Shown piece by piece: positions 26,146 through 35,465 of a stretch of 43,943 bases of DNA. This DNA is from a bacterium. Its GTDB lineage: Bacteria > UBP6 > UBA1177 > JAKLFG01. Each line of letters starts with the position of its first letter. The first letter of the stretch is position 1. The notes below the pieces were generated by a model, which did not search any database, was not told the origin of the DNA, and saw only the letters and a program-made list of their open reading frames with translations. The stretch is from contig JAKQHE010000215.1 of assembly GCA_029573155.1 (NCBI GenBank), positions 1 to 43,943 on the forward strand, in the 5' to 3' direction. The position numbers and the translations under genes are program-made.

Positions 26146-28021
26146 GGGAACCTCCTTCGGAACGACCTTTCAGATGCATGAAGAGGATCGAGACCGCCGC
26201 TGGGGTGACCCCCGGTATCCGAGCCGCCTGTCCGAGATCGCCGGGACGGTGACGGGTCAATTTTTCCTCTATCTCGCGCGATATTCCCGGCAGACCGGTA
26301 AAGGAAAAGCCGGACGGTATCGCGACAAACGTTAGTTGGGCGGTCCGCGCCCGTTCTTCCATTTCCTTATCGATGTAAGCGGCATAACGGACCGAAATGA
26401 TCGCCCGTTCCCAGATCTCCGCGTCAGCCGAAGGAAGAGGAGAAATGCGCGCCAACATCCTTAGATCGAACCCGGGACGGCGCAGAAGGCCACCGAGAGA
26501 GGTGGGCTTGATGAGCGGAGCCTCGCCGAATTCGGAAAGAAGAGTGTTTACCGTAGCGGTAGGGGAGACGACGGTGTCGTTCAAAAAGGCGATTAGTCGA
26601 GCCTCTGTATCGAGTCGTTGCCGCTCGAAGACATAGCGTGGGCCGGATAGAAGTCCGCGCCGGTGCCCCTTTTCGAGCAGACGGGCGGCGGTGTTGTCGT
26701 CTCGCAGAGAAAGACGATATTCGGCGCGACTCGTGAACATTCGATAAGGCTCGTCGATCCCTTTGGTGACGATATCATCGATCAGTATCCCGCCGTACGC
26801 CTCCTGCCTCTCGAGAACGAAAGGGGGCTCGTCATTTCTGAGAGAGCGTTGTGCCGCGTTGATCCCAGCGACCAATCCCTGTATCGCCGCCTCTTCGTAG
26901 CCCGAGGTGCCGTTCACCTGTCCCGCGAGGAACAGCCCCGGCATACATTTACTTTCCAGCGTTCGACCGAGATCGCGTGGGTCGAACGCGTCGTATTCTA
27001 TGGCATAGGCAGGGCGAGTGATGACCGCCTGTTCCAGTCCCGATATGGTCCGCAGGAACTCTTCCTGCACGGAGTAAGGGAGACTGGTCGAAATGCCGTT
27101 CGGATAATATTCGCGTTGGTCCCATCCCTCCGGCTCAAGGAAGATCTGATGTCGCTCGCGGTGAGGGAACTTCACCACTTTGTCCTCCAGCGAAGGGCAG
27201 TAGCGCGGACCGATCCCTTCTATGCTTTTGTGAACGCCGTAAAGGGGAGAACGGTGGAGATTGTCGCGGATGATCGCATGGGTCCGCTCGTTGGTGTGGG
27301 TTATCCAGCAAGGGACCTGTCGGGTCAGCTGGTCGCGTGTCGCGGTGGAGAAGGGGACGAAATCGTCGTCGCCTGATTGCTTTTCAAGAGACGAAAAATC
27401 GATGGAATCGCCGCGCAGGCGTACCGGCGTACCGGTCTTGAGTCTTAAGGAGGTATGCCCCGCCGCGACGAGTGCGCCGGTAAGAAAGGTCGCTGCCGGT
27501 TCGCCGAGCCGTCCCGCGGGGAGAGAATCCTCGCCGATGACGATACGACCGCGAAGAAAGGTCCCGGCGGTCACTACCACCGCTCCCGCCGTCACCTCTC
27601 CGGCGGTCCGTAGAAGCGCGCCCGTTATGTTCCCTTTTTCCGTCAGCAAACCGGTTGCCTCATCCTGCCATATCGTAAGCAGGGGAAAAGAAAGAAGACG
27701 GTCGTTCAGGAATTTTTTGTACAAAAGACGGTCGTTCTGTGATCGGGTCGAACGGACCGCCGGTCCCTTGCTCCGGTTAAGCACGCGATACTGGATCGCC
27801 GAAAAATCGGCCGCCTCTCCCATCAGGCCGCCAAGCAGATCGATCTCGCGGACGATCTGCCCTTTCGCCTGTCCACCGATCGACGGGTTGCACGACATCT
27901 CGCCGATCGAATCGATCCGAAGAGTGACCAGCAGAGTGCGCGCTCCGAGCCGTGTAGCCGCGGCCGCCGCCTCTATCCCGGCATGACCGCCGCCGATGAC
28001 GATAATATCGAATAAATTCAT
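26135..28021 (-). CDS. mnmG: tRNA uridine-5-carboxymethylaminomethyl synthesis enzyme MnmG (GidA)
   Basis: 628 aa. Motifs are [33 protein letters not shown] and [13 protein letters not shown]. Confidence 0.97.
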   Translation of the reverse strand: MNLFDIIVIGGGHAGIEAAAAATRLGARTLLVTLRIDSIGEMSCNPSIGGQAKGQIVREIDLLGGLMGEAADFSAIQYRVLNRSKGPAVRSTRSQNDRLLYKKFLNDRLLSFPLLTIWQDEATGLLTEKGNITGALLRTAGEVTAGAVVVTAGTFLRGRIVIGEDSLPAGRLGEPAATFLTGALVAAGHTSLRLKTGTPVRLRGDSIDFSSLEKQSGDDDFVPFSTATRDQLTRQVPCWITHTNERTHAIIRDNLHRSPLYGVHKSIEGIGPRYCPSLEDKVVKFPHRERHQIFLEPEGWDQREYYPNGISTSLPYSVQEEFLRTISGLEQAVITRPAYAIEYDAFDPRDLGRTLESKCMPGLFLAGQVNGTSGYEEAAIQGLVAGINAAQRSLRNDEPPFVLERQEAYGGILIDDIVTKGIDEPYRMFTSRAEYRLSLRDDNTAARLLEKGHRRGLLSGPRYVFERQRLDTEARLIAFLNDTVVSPTATVNTLLSEFGEAPLIKPTSLGGLLRRPGFDLRMLARISPLPSADAEIWERAIISVRYAAYIDKEMEERARTAQLTFVAIPSGFSFTGLPGISREIEEKLTRHRPGDLGQAARIPGVTPAAVSILFMHLKGRSEGGSRGD

Positions 28022-28132
28022 ATACCTCCGTCGCCGACCGCCATATTTGCCCTGTAACGCGCGAAAACGGATCGGCCTAGGCCTTGGTATGCATCATAAA
28101 TAAAAAGAGCGAAAAGTAAAATGGAGAGAAGG

Positions 28133-29488
28133 TCATTTGCCGAGACAGAACGACGAGAATACCCGTTCGTAAAGATCGGGGTCATCGCTCCGCCCGACAA
28201 GCTCGCCCAAAAGGGTCCGACAGCGAGAGATCGCGACAACAAGGAGCGCAAGATCCCCGGCGGAAAGGAGTAAGCGCAATTCTTCAAGCGCCGCGCAAAG
28301 TCGTTCGGCGACCCTCCGTCGTTCGGCATGAAGCAGGATCGGCAAAGCGGTATCAGGGAGAAGAGCCGTGATCCGCCCGGCAAGAAGAGAGATCATGTCC
28401 GGGAGCCCTTCGCCGGTAAGAGCGGAGATGAAAAGGTCGGGTGCCATGCTCTCAGCCGCAGGATGACGAGCGATATCCGCTTTGTTGGCAAAGACGAGAG
28501 GTTTTTTCGGCGCAAAAAGGGCGCGGGCGGCGATATCAGCGGCGGTCGGGGCATCAGACCCATCAAAAAGAAGGATAATATGCTCTGAAACCTCGCTCAA
28601 AGTTAGAGTTCGCGTAATTCCATCTTTCTCGATACCCGACGCGATATCGCGCAGACCGGCGGTGTCGCACAATTCGACCGTGACGGCAGGGAAAGGAAGA
28701 GGCCACAAGGCGGTCAGATAATCGCGCGTGGTCCCCGGTTCGGGAGAGACGATCGCGCGATCAAGACCAAGGAGGCGATTGAAAAGAAGCGATTTTCCGA
28801 CATTGGGTCGTCCCGCGATGAGGATACGCGGTGTCGCGGCACGATCGAATCGCTGTGTGTTCTCGAGCGCAGGAATGACCAGATGCTCGGTCTCTTCGAT
28901 AAGAACCGATATCTTTGCGAGAGGAAGATGTTCCGTGACCTGTTCGGGAAAATCGACCGTAGCGTTCGCGATAGTGTCCAGTTCGTCCCATTGTGTTAGG
29001 AGCGGGACCGCCGCCTGCTCAAAAAGTCCGCCATAGGCGGCGCGCCGCGCGATATCGGCCTGCAGGCGGTCTTGGGTCGCGATCAGAGCGGGGATCGTGG
29101 CGGCCTGTGCGAGGGTCATTTTGCCGTTCACGACGGCGCGGAACGAAAACTCGCCGGGTGTGGCCGGCGTTGCACCAAGTTCGGTGAGACGGGAGAGCGC
29201 TTCCTCCATCGTGCCAGCACCACCATGAAGGTGAAGTTCGCCCATCTCTTCGCCCGTGTAACTCGCCGGAGCGGCGAAATAAAGGACTATCGCCTGTTCA
29301 GAAGCGGCGCGAGGGCCCAGATCAAGAGAACAAAGAGTTGCTCGGCGAGGGACGAAACGATCGCGACCGGTCAGTTTTTTTAGGACATCGACGGTCGTGG
29401 GACCGCTTATCCGGATGATAGCGATCGCGCCACCGGTGGCGGTCGCGGGCGCCGCGATGGTAAGTCCGAGTCGCTCGGCAAGTCGCAC
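28133..29488 (-). CDS. mnmE: tRNA modification GTPase MnmE (TrmE)
   Basis: Motifs are TIAAPATATGGAIAIIRISG, the G domain GRPNVGKSLLFN/DTAG/NKAD, and the C-terminal FCLGK. I favour GTG 29488 as the start because AGGAGGTTCCC precedes it, identical to the rsmG start context. The track's ATG 29539 is the alternative. Confidence 0.9.
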   Translation of the reverse strand: MRLAERLGLTIAAPATATGGAIAIIRISGPTTVDVLKKLTGRDRFVPRRATLCSLDLGPRAASEQAIVLYFAAPASYTGEEMGELHLHGGAGTMEEALSRLTELGATPATPGEFSFRAVVNGKMTLAQAATIPALIATQDRLQADIARRAAYGGLFEQAAVPLLTQWDELDTIANATVDFPEQVTEHLPLAKISVLIEETEHLVIPALENTQRFDRAATPRILIAGRPNVGKSLLFNRLLGLDRAIVSPEPGTTRDYLTALWPLPFPAVTVELCDTAGLRDIASGIEKDGITRTLTLSEVSEHIILLFDGSDAPTAADIAARALFAPKKPLVFANKADIARHPAAESMAPDLFISALTGEGLPDMISLLAGRITALLPDTALPILLHAERRRVAERLCAALEELRLLLSAGDLALLVVAISRCRTLLGELVGRSDDPDLYERVFSSFCLGK

Positions 29489-29599
29489 GGGAACCTCCTG
29501 TTGCCCGCCGCATGATACCGATAACGAGCCTGCTTGCAACGATTTCTTGACTCACGCTTCGATCTCGGAGACGATACGCAAAGAAAAGAGGAAGAACCT

Positions 29600-30331
29600 A
29601 TGCTGTTCGACGCCCACATACACTTAAGCGAGATCCCGAAGGTTGAACAGGGCCGCCCGTTGCCGGCGTCGGTACTTACCTCGGCGCATGACCCGGAAGA
29701 CCCGTCTCTTTCGCTGGGAGACCCCGCAGTGCTTTGTTCCTACGGTCTCCATCCCCTCTGGCTTGATGCTCCGGGACGTTCGTTGGAAACACTAGTAAAA
29801 CTTTCAGCTTCTGGTCAGATATCCGCAGTAGGGGAGTTCGGGTTCGATTTTTATCATGGTCGGGATAGGGAAAAGGAAAAAAAACAAAGAGATTTCTTTC
29901 ATGCCCAATGTGTCATCGCTGAACGGTATCGTCTCCCGGTGGTTCTTCATGCCAGACGCGGGATGGCTGAACTGTTCAATGAAACGACGCTCCTGAAAAA
30001 ACTTTCCGCAGTAATATTCCATTGTTATCCCGGTACTGCTGAGGAGGGTCAGGCCTTCCTGAAGCGGGGAGTGAACGGGTTTTTCAGTTTCGGGACACCG
30101 ATCATAAAAAACTATCCGCGAGCCATCGCGGCATTGAAGAGGCTACCCTTGGATCGCATCCTTTTCGAGACCGATGCTCCGTTCCAGCCACCGCATGGTC
30201 GGGAGATGTCCCTCCCCATCGATATCGTTACGGTCTATGAAAAAGGATCGGAATTATTGAGTATACCTCGGCCAGAACTTGAGCATATCGTGTGGGGTAC
30301 CGCGCAAGGCATCTTTCCCGGGAGATTATGA
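29600..30331 (+). CDS. TatD family metal-dependent hydrolase/DNase
   Basis: I re-called the start at ATG 29600 (MLFDAHIHL). Motifs include GEFGFDFY, VVLHARR and ETDAPF. An AGAGGAAG SD-like sequence lies upstream. Confidence 0.85.
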   Translation: MLFDAHIHLSEIPKVEQGRPLPASVLTSAHDPEDPSLSLGDPAVLCSYGLHPLWLDAPGRSLETLVKLSASGQISAVGEFGFDFYHGRDREKEKKQRDFFHAQCVIAERYRLPVVLHARRGMAELFNETTLLKKLSAVIFHCYPGTAEEGQAFLKRGVNGFFSFGTPIIKNYPRAIAALKRLPLDRILFETDAPFQPPHGREMSLPIDIVTVYEKGSELLSIPRPELEHIVWGTAQGIFPGRL

Positions 30332-31141
30332 ATCCTCCTCCACGATCATCGTCTGCGCAACTGATGTCTTTTTACGCCGAGACCCTTCTATGAGATCAAG
30401 ATTCAGCGCCCCGTAGATGATGAGGAAAGGAAACATTGTTGCTACAAGGAACGGGCTCAGGATCGGTACGGTGGCCATAAGAGGAGGGAACATCCCGATC
30501 CGGGCTGAATCCCAAGGATGACCAATGATCCACTCAATGGTCTGACGTAGATCCCATCCCCGTCTCGAAGAGGGGAAACGGACGACAAGAAATGCCGAGG
30601 CGGAAAGAAGCATCACGGCGCAGATCAAGGCGCCCAGAAAAGGTATGAAATCGGCGATGATCGCGATGACCGTGACGCCAAAGCAAAGTATCGCGGTGAC
30701 GGAGCCATCCTTGAGGTCGCCCAACACTTCATCGATGTCAGGAAAGGCGTCATCCTTCAACTTTTTACCATGGTACAGGGCCTCGGCCGATATAGAAAGG
30801 AACTGCAGAAAGGGGGAGGCGAGCACATAGGCCGGCAGGAATGAAAGAAAAAAAGAGGCGGCTCGAAGACAGACAAGGAACATGCCGTTCAAGAACCAGA
30901 ACAGAAGGTGCCAGAGTGGCGAATCTTCTTCGGCGGGGGCGGGTATCACGAACTGTATCTGCGAAGAGACGAAGTTGGTGAAAAAAGAGAGAACGAGAAG
31001 CATGATCATGAAGAAAATCAGAAAGATGAAAAGACTCCATATCAGGAGGATACGCCGGGAACGATAGAAGAGAAGAAGGTCCAGTAACGGTACAAAGGAC
31101 CGCTCAGTCGACAAAGAGGAGGTCGATCCGTCGTTCGGCAT
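30326..31141 (-). CDS. Polytopic membrane protein (possibly EI24/CysZ-like; family uncertain)
   Basis: It has about 6 hydrophobic segments. The start is ambiguous between ATG 31141 and ATG 31159, and both lie inside the 3' end of tsaE. Its stop overlaps the convergent tatD stop. Confidence 0.55.
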   Translation of the reverse strand: MPNDGSTSSLSTERSFVPLLDLLLFYRSRRILLIWSLFIFLIFFMIMLLVLSFFTNFVSSQIQFVIPAPAEEDSPLWHLLFWFLNGMFLVCLRAASFFLSFLPAYVLASPFLQFLSISAEALYHGKKLKDDAFPDIDEVLGDLKDGSVTAILCFGVTVIAIIADFIPFLGALICAVMLLSASAFLVVRFPSSRRGWDLRQTIEWIIGHPWDSARIGMFPPLMATVPILSPFLVATMFPFLIIYGALNLDLIEGSRRKKTSVAQTMIVEEDS

Positions 31142-31553
31142 GGTCCGCTCCTTCCGCAAGAGTTATTTCGACGCGGGGAGCGTGGTGCCCCCAGAGAGAG
31201 GGAAACAACCCAGCCCACTCGATAATGGTCAGTGCCGAGCGATCCCGCAACAGTTCGGGAAAGTCGGCTGTCTCCAACTCGTCAATCGTCGCTATTCGAT
31301 AGAGATCCCAATGATATATCAAGATATTGCCCGTCGTATACTGACGAAGGATAACATAGGTCGGGCTCTGGACCTGTGTACGGGGAACCCCCCGACCTTC
31401 GGCGATAGCACCGGCGAGCACCGTCTTACCTGAACCGAGTGCTCCTTCAAGCGTGATGAGGGTTCCCGGGGAAAGCGCGGCGGCAAGGCCCCGACCGATC
31501 CGTTCAGTCTCTTCCTCGGAACGGGAAAGAAATTTCTGTCGTCTCTCCTTCAC
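31104..31553 (-). CDS. tsaE: tRNA t6A37 biosynthesis ATPase TsaE (YjeE)
   Basis: 149 aa. Motifs are LEGALGSGKTVLAGAI (P-loop), SPTYVIL and YHWDLYR. The GTG start at 31553 overlaps the nnr stop as GTGA. Confidence 0.85.
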   Translation of the reverse strand: MKERRQKFLSRSEEETERIGRGLAAALSPGTLITLEGALGSGKTVLAGAIAEGRGVPRTQVQSPTYVILRQYTTGNILIYHWDLYRIATIDELETADFPELLRDRSALTIIEWAGLFPSLWGHHAPRVEITLAEGADHAERRIDLLFVD

Positions 31554-33013
31554 AGGCGGGTCTCCTCGGAAAAACAGGAAAAGGCGGAACCGATCTGCTC
31601 GATAAGGTTAGAAATGCGGTGAAAGCTCGGTGAGAATTCGGTTTCAAGCAGTATGCCGGCGCGTCGATGCAAAAGCGCGCCGTTCACGGCCGCCTGCAGA
31701 AGATCAGAAAAGCGCAAGGCAAAGGAGGCAAAGATCCCCGCAAGGGCATCACCGGACCCCCCGAAGGAAAGCGCGCGCGCGCCGTGAGGAACGATAACCG
31801 TTTGTTTTTTATGGCGTATCATGGATGCCGCGTTTTTGGCGTAGAGCACCTGTCGTGGTCCGAGGGGGAACGCGTCAACCAAGACATCCCATCGTCCCTC
31901 TGTTCCCATGCGTGCCATAACGCGTGCCAGTTCACCGGGGTGTGGTGTAAAGAGGATCTCTCTCTGGCGAAAACGCTTGAAAAAAGAAGCATCCGCATGG
32001 TCGAAGATACCTGCATCCAGCACAAGACGAGCACGGGCTCTAAATAAGAAATTCTCCAGTTCAGGAGAGAAGTTATGAAGACCCGGACCACAAAGGATCG
32101 CGTCCCATCGGTTCGGGTGCGCGCGGGCCTCTTCGGTCGTCGTGAGCATGATGCCGGGGTATCGGCCCGCCAGTTTCAGAAGGTGCTTGTCGGGGACTGC
32201 GACGGTCGCAAGTCCGCCGCCTGACGCGAGGAACGCCTCGGCGGCAATGAAAGAGGCACCGATCTTTGAGGCATCTCCCCCGATGACAAGTAGCCGTCCA
32301 TTCGTTCCTTTGTGTGCGTCGATAGCCGGATCGCAGGCGAGATAATCAGTTTCTTCAAGCAGAGACGACAAAATATTAGACGGCACCTCCGCCGATATAG
32401 GGCCGAGCAGGATATCCCCGGCATGGGTCGGTCCTTGATCGAGGAAGAGACCTCTTTTAAGTATGCCGAAACTGATCGTCATGTCAGCGTGTACCGCCCG
32501 GGGGAACATGGCGCCGGTATCGCTTGAAAGACCGGTCGGAACATCGACCGAGACGACCCTTTTAGCCTTATATTCATTAATGAAATCAACGGCATGAAGA
32601 ATTTCTAGATCAAGAGAAGAAGAAAGCCCGGTGCCCAGCAGAGCGTCGACAAAGAGGATCCTACCGTTCAGTTGCCGGTAGTTCTTCATGCGGGTCACCG
32701 AGCGAGGAAGCATCCGATAGTTGGCGAGGGTATCTCCCGACAGATCACTGGGGTCAAAAAATGGCACTAACATCAATGGGATAGGACAACCACGGTCGGC
32801 AAGTATCCGTAGGAACGCCATGCCGTCACCGCCGTTGCCTCCCTTACCGGCGAACACGACGATCCGGTCGGGGCGAAAGGAAGAAAGAAGCTCGTTCACC
32901 GCAAGGAACAGGGAGAAGGCGGCGTTCTCCATCAGAAGAAGCGACGGGGTACCTTTCTTGATCGCGGCACGGTCCATCCGGCGCGCATCTTCGGCTCTAC
33001 CGACCGGCAACAT
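31550..33013 (-). CDS. nnr: Bifunctional NAD(P)H-hydrate repair enzyme Nnr (epimerase + ADP-dependent dehydratase)
   Basis: 487 aa. The N-terminal YjeF_N domain shows LMENAA...GKGGNGGDG. The C-terminal carbohydrate-kinase-like domain shows HKGTNGRLLVIGG...GGSGDALAG. Confidence 0.9.
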   Translation of the reverse strand: MLPVGRAEDARRMDRAAIKKGTPSLLLMENAAFSLFLAVNELLSSFRPDRIVVFAGKGGNGGDGMAFLRILADRGCPIPLMLVPFFDPSDLSGDTLANYRMLPRSVTRMKNYRQLNGRILFVDALLGTGLSSSLDLEILHAVDFINEYKAKRVVSVDVPTGLSSDTGAMFPRAVHADMTISFGILKRGLFLDQGPTHAGDILLGPISAEVPSNILSSLLEETDYLACDPAIDAHKGTNGRLLVIGGDASKIGASFIAAEAFLASGGGLATVAVPDKHLLKLAGRYPGIMLTTTEEARAHPNRWDAILCGPGLHNFSPELENFLFRARARLVLDAGIFDHADASFFKRFRQREILFTPHPGELARVMARMGTEGRWDVLVDAFPLGPRQVLYAKNAASMIRHKKQTVIVPHGARALSFGGSGDALAGIFASFALRFSDLLQAAVNGALLHRRAGILLETEFSPSFHRISNLIEQIGSAFSCFSEETRL

Positions 33014-34175
33014 GGACCACCTCTCTGTTCATGGTTCGCTTGTCCCCTATCCGTTCCAACACCTTGTCGGCGACCAGACGATGTCCTGCGCGGCTCCAAT
33101 GTATGTCGCCCGCTATGAAATATTCGGCTATCACCTCTTCGGCCGGTCGTTCGTTGATGAAAAGAGGAAAAAGGTCGATAAGTTCGACTGCGTGATCCAA
33201 CGCGAAGATCTTCCAATGTGTTTCGTGCATCGAGTGCGATATCCGTTGCCGTACATGCTCGGGCCACGGATGTATCGAAAGGGTCACCTTGATACCATGT
33301 TCCTTCAGCAGGGCCAAGAGTTTCTCGGTATGAAGCGTCGCCTTTTCAAGCCCCTCTTTGCCCCAGCGTTCGAATTCCGTCGTGTCGTACATCCATCGAG
33401 CGCGTACCCGATGGTATCCCTTGATCCCGCCCCAGTAAGGGCCATACTCATATTTCGGGTTCTCCTGACGGGTGAAGAATCGCTCATGCCACGAGCGGTA
33501 GATCCATGAATGATGAGAAAAGAAGATCATCGCCCGGTTCATGAGCGGATCGACGGGTTCCTTGTCGGGAACGAAGTAGTCGTACACGACCTCATCCTGA
33601 ATGTCCCCGATATCAAGAAAGAGGAACACCTCGTCGACCTGAAGGCCGGCGGCGAGCACCTGTTGCATACGAAGATAGTAAAGTTTCGGCGAATAGGAGG
33701 CGACACCGGCGTTCAGCACCTCAACGCCGCGCGGGGCCAGATCGGCCGAGAGCATGCCGGCAAAGGTGTCTTCCCACGGGAGTCCCACACCCTCCACAAA
33801 GGAATCGCCGAGAAGCAGGATTCGTTTTTTATCGCTTTTTTTGGGAACGGTGCGCATCGTCGCATCGACCATCCCGAGATCGTTGGTCCGCACTCGATAG
33901 GGCGTCGAGATGTCCCCCCATTTCGTTTCCCTGTCGATCAGCGGCTGAAGACCGTGATGCGTGAAACGGTCCATGGTGCGGAACCGGGCTTGTTCCGGGA
34001 GCAGAAGCACTGCGGCGAGCAGATCGAACAACGCGAAAAGGCAGAGGATGGTCAGCGCGTTGAAGAGGATCAATTTCAGGGCTGCCGATCGATGCCGGAG
34101 GAGACGCGAACCGAGAAAGGCGACGACCGCCAGCAGAAAAAGAGGATTAAGAAAAAAACCGGCCAGAAGCGACAT
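32997..34175 (-). CDS. Membrane-anchored SGNH/AlgX-AlgJ-like hydrolase or O-acyltransferase
   Basis: It has N-terminal TM segments, LLLGDSFVEGVG (the GDS block I) and a C-terminal GDIHWSRAGH (a D-x-H-W type block). Confidence 0.7.
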   Translation of the reverse strand: MSLLAGFFLNPLFLLAVVAFLGSRLLRHRSAALKLILFNALTILCLFALFDLLAAVLLLPEQARFRTMDRFTHHGLQPLIDRETKWGDISTPYRVRTNDLGMVDATMRTVPKKSDKKRILLLGDSFVEGVGLPWEDTFAGMLSADLAPRGVEVLNAGVASYSPKLYYLRMQQVLAAGLQVDEVFLFLDIGDIQDEVVYDYFVPDKEPVDPLMNRAMIFFSHHSWIYRSWHERFFTRQENPKYEYGPYWGGIKGYHRVRARWMYDTTEFERWGKEGLEKATLHTEKLLALLKEHGIKVTLSIHPWPEHVRQRISHSMHETHWKIFALDHAVELIDLFPLFINERPAEEVIAEYFIAGDIHWSRAGHRLVADKVLERIGDKRTMNREVVHVAGR

Positions 34176-34251
34176 TAAGAGCCTCTCGTTACAGGGTCGG
34201 TACGCATCATTTCCTCAGGTAACGGACAGGACCATTGCACATATTTCTTTC

Positions 34252-34280
34252 GATTTTTCAAGAATGTCCGAGATTTTTCA
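34252..34280. repeat. Direct repeat GATTTTTCA x2 with 20-bp spacing upstream of the SGNH gene
   Basis: Exact 9-mers lie at 34252-34260 and 34272-34280, in the 120-bp gap between the namZ-like stop and the SGNH start. Confidence 0.5.
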
Positions 34281-34295
34281 TCTTCCGGGGTCCGC

Positions 34296-35465
34296 TCAGT
34301 ACAGGAGAAAGGGGCGTCGGGCGATCAACCAGTTCTCTTCGGCGGCCGCCAGATAGCCGTCGATCTTGTCGAGAGGCGCCCGCTTGTAGAACAGGTCTAT
34401 GAGACAGGTGTCGCCGAGCAGGAGATCTATCGCCGGGATATCGGTGACGAACTCGTAAGGTTTTACGCGGAAAAAACCATCATCGCCGAGCAGGCCCCGA
34501 AAAACGGCGAGGATCGCGATGTAGGCGCGAAGCGGTCGAACGGCACGCCGGTCGGCAAGATCGATATAGACACCGCCGCACCGTTTCATCGCCTCTTTCT
34601 GGAACATCGGGCGAAACTCCAGCGGCAGGAACCGAAGTCCCGGCAGACCCAGCGTGGAGAGTTCGTCGGCCAGTTTGAACGGATCGATACCCGGCGCACC
34701 GACGACCCTGAACGGGAAGGCGGTGCCGCGGCCTTCCGAAAGGTTGGTCCCCTCGACAAGACAGCCGCCCGGATAGAGTATCGCGGTCTCGAGTGTCGGC
34801 ATATTGGGGGAGGTCGGCACCCATGGAAGATCGTACTCGTCGGCAAAACTGTCGCGTCGCCAGCCTTCTATCGGGACAATCTCGAAGGGGAACGAGTACC
34901 CTTTAAGCAGGTAGTAATAGCGCGCTACCTCGCCGGTCGTCAATCCGTGCCGATGGGGAAGAAGAAAACGGCCGACAAAACTGTAATAGCGCTCTTGAAT
35001 GGAGCTTCCTTCGACTATATCGCCGCCGATGGGGTTCAGGCGGTCGAGCACGATCAATCGCTTGGGGCGTATCGAGAGTTCGTCCATGAAGAGGGAAAGA
35101 CTCTGCAGATAGGTGTAGTAGCGACTTCCGATGTCCTGTACATCATAGAGGACGGTGTCGAACCGGTCGAGCAGATCGGAAGAGGGGACAAGACTCGCGG
35201 CAGAATCGCCGTAGAGCGGGACGACCGGGATGTTGCGAACCTTCTGCTCCTTCCGCACCGCTTCCATGTCCTGCGCGACGGGGAAGAAGCCGTGTTCCAG
35301 CGAGAAGATACAGGACAGTTTGACGCCGCGGTCGCGGAGCACCTCGACGATCGACCGACCCGCGCGATCCACTGCGGTGTGGTTGGCTATCAACGCGACC
35401 TTGCCGCGACCGATCGTCGAGGGGTCGAACCGGTCGATCCCCTGTCGCAACGGAAGCGAGGTCAT
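34296..35465 (-). CDS. DUF1343 family protein (exo-beta-N-acetylmuramidase NamZ-like)
   Basis: I re-called the start at ATG 35465 (MTSLPLRQGIDRF...). Motifs include VALIANHTAVD, PVVPLYG, VLYDVQDIGSRYYTY and FVGRFLLPHRHGLTTGE. The start overlaps the pssA stop as ATGA. Confidence 0.8.
   Translation of the reverse strand: MTSLPLRQGIDRFDPSTIGRGKVALIANHTAVDRAGRSIVEVLRDRGVKLSCIFSLEHGFFPVAQDMEAVRKEQKVRNIPVVPLYGDSAASLVPSSDLLDRFDTVLYDVQDIGSRYYTYLQSLSLFMDELSIRPKRLIVLDRLNPIGGDIVEGSSIQERYYSFVGRFLLPHRHGLTTGEVARYYYLLKGYSFPFEIVPIEGWRRDSFADEYDLPWVPTSPNMPTLETAILYPGGCLVEGTNLSEGRGTAFPFRVVGAPGIDPFKLADELSTLGLPGLRFLPLEFRPMFQKEAMKRCGGVYIDLADRRAVRPLRAYIAILAVFRGLLGDDGFFRVKPYEFVTDIPAIDLLLGDTCLIDLFYKRAPLDKIDGYLAAAEENWLIARRPFLLY

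Noticed and set aside
28022-28132. GGCCTAGGCC perfect palindrome in the mnmE-mnmG spacer as a possible terminator or REP element
   Set aside because: There is no loop and no flanking T-tract, it occurs only once in the window, and mnmE-mnmG are probably co-transcribed.
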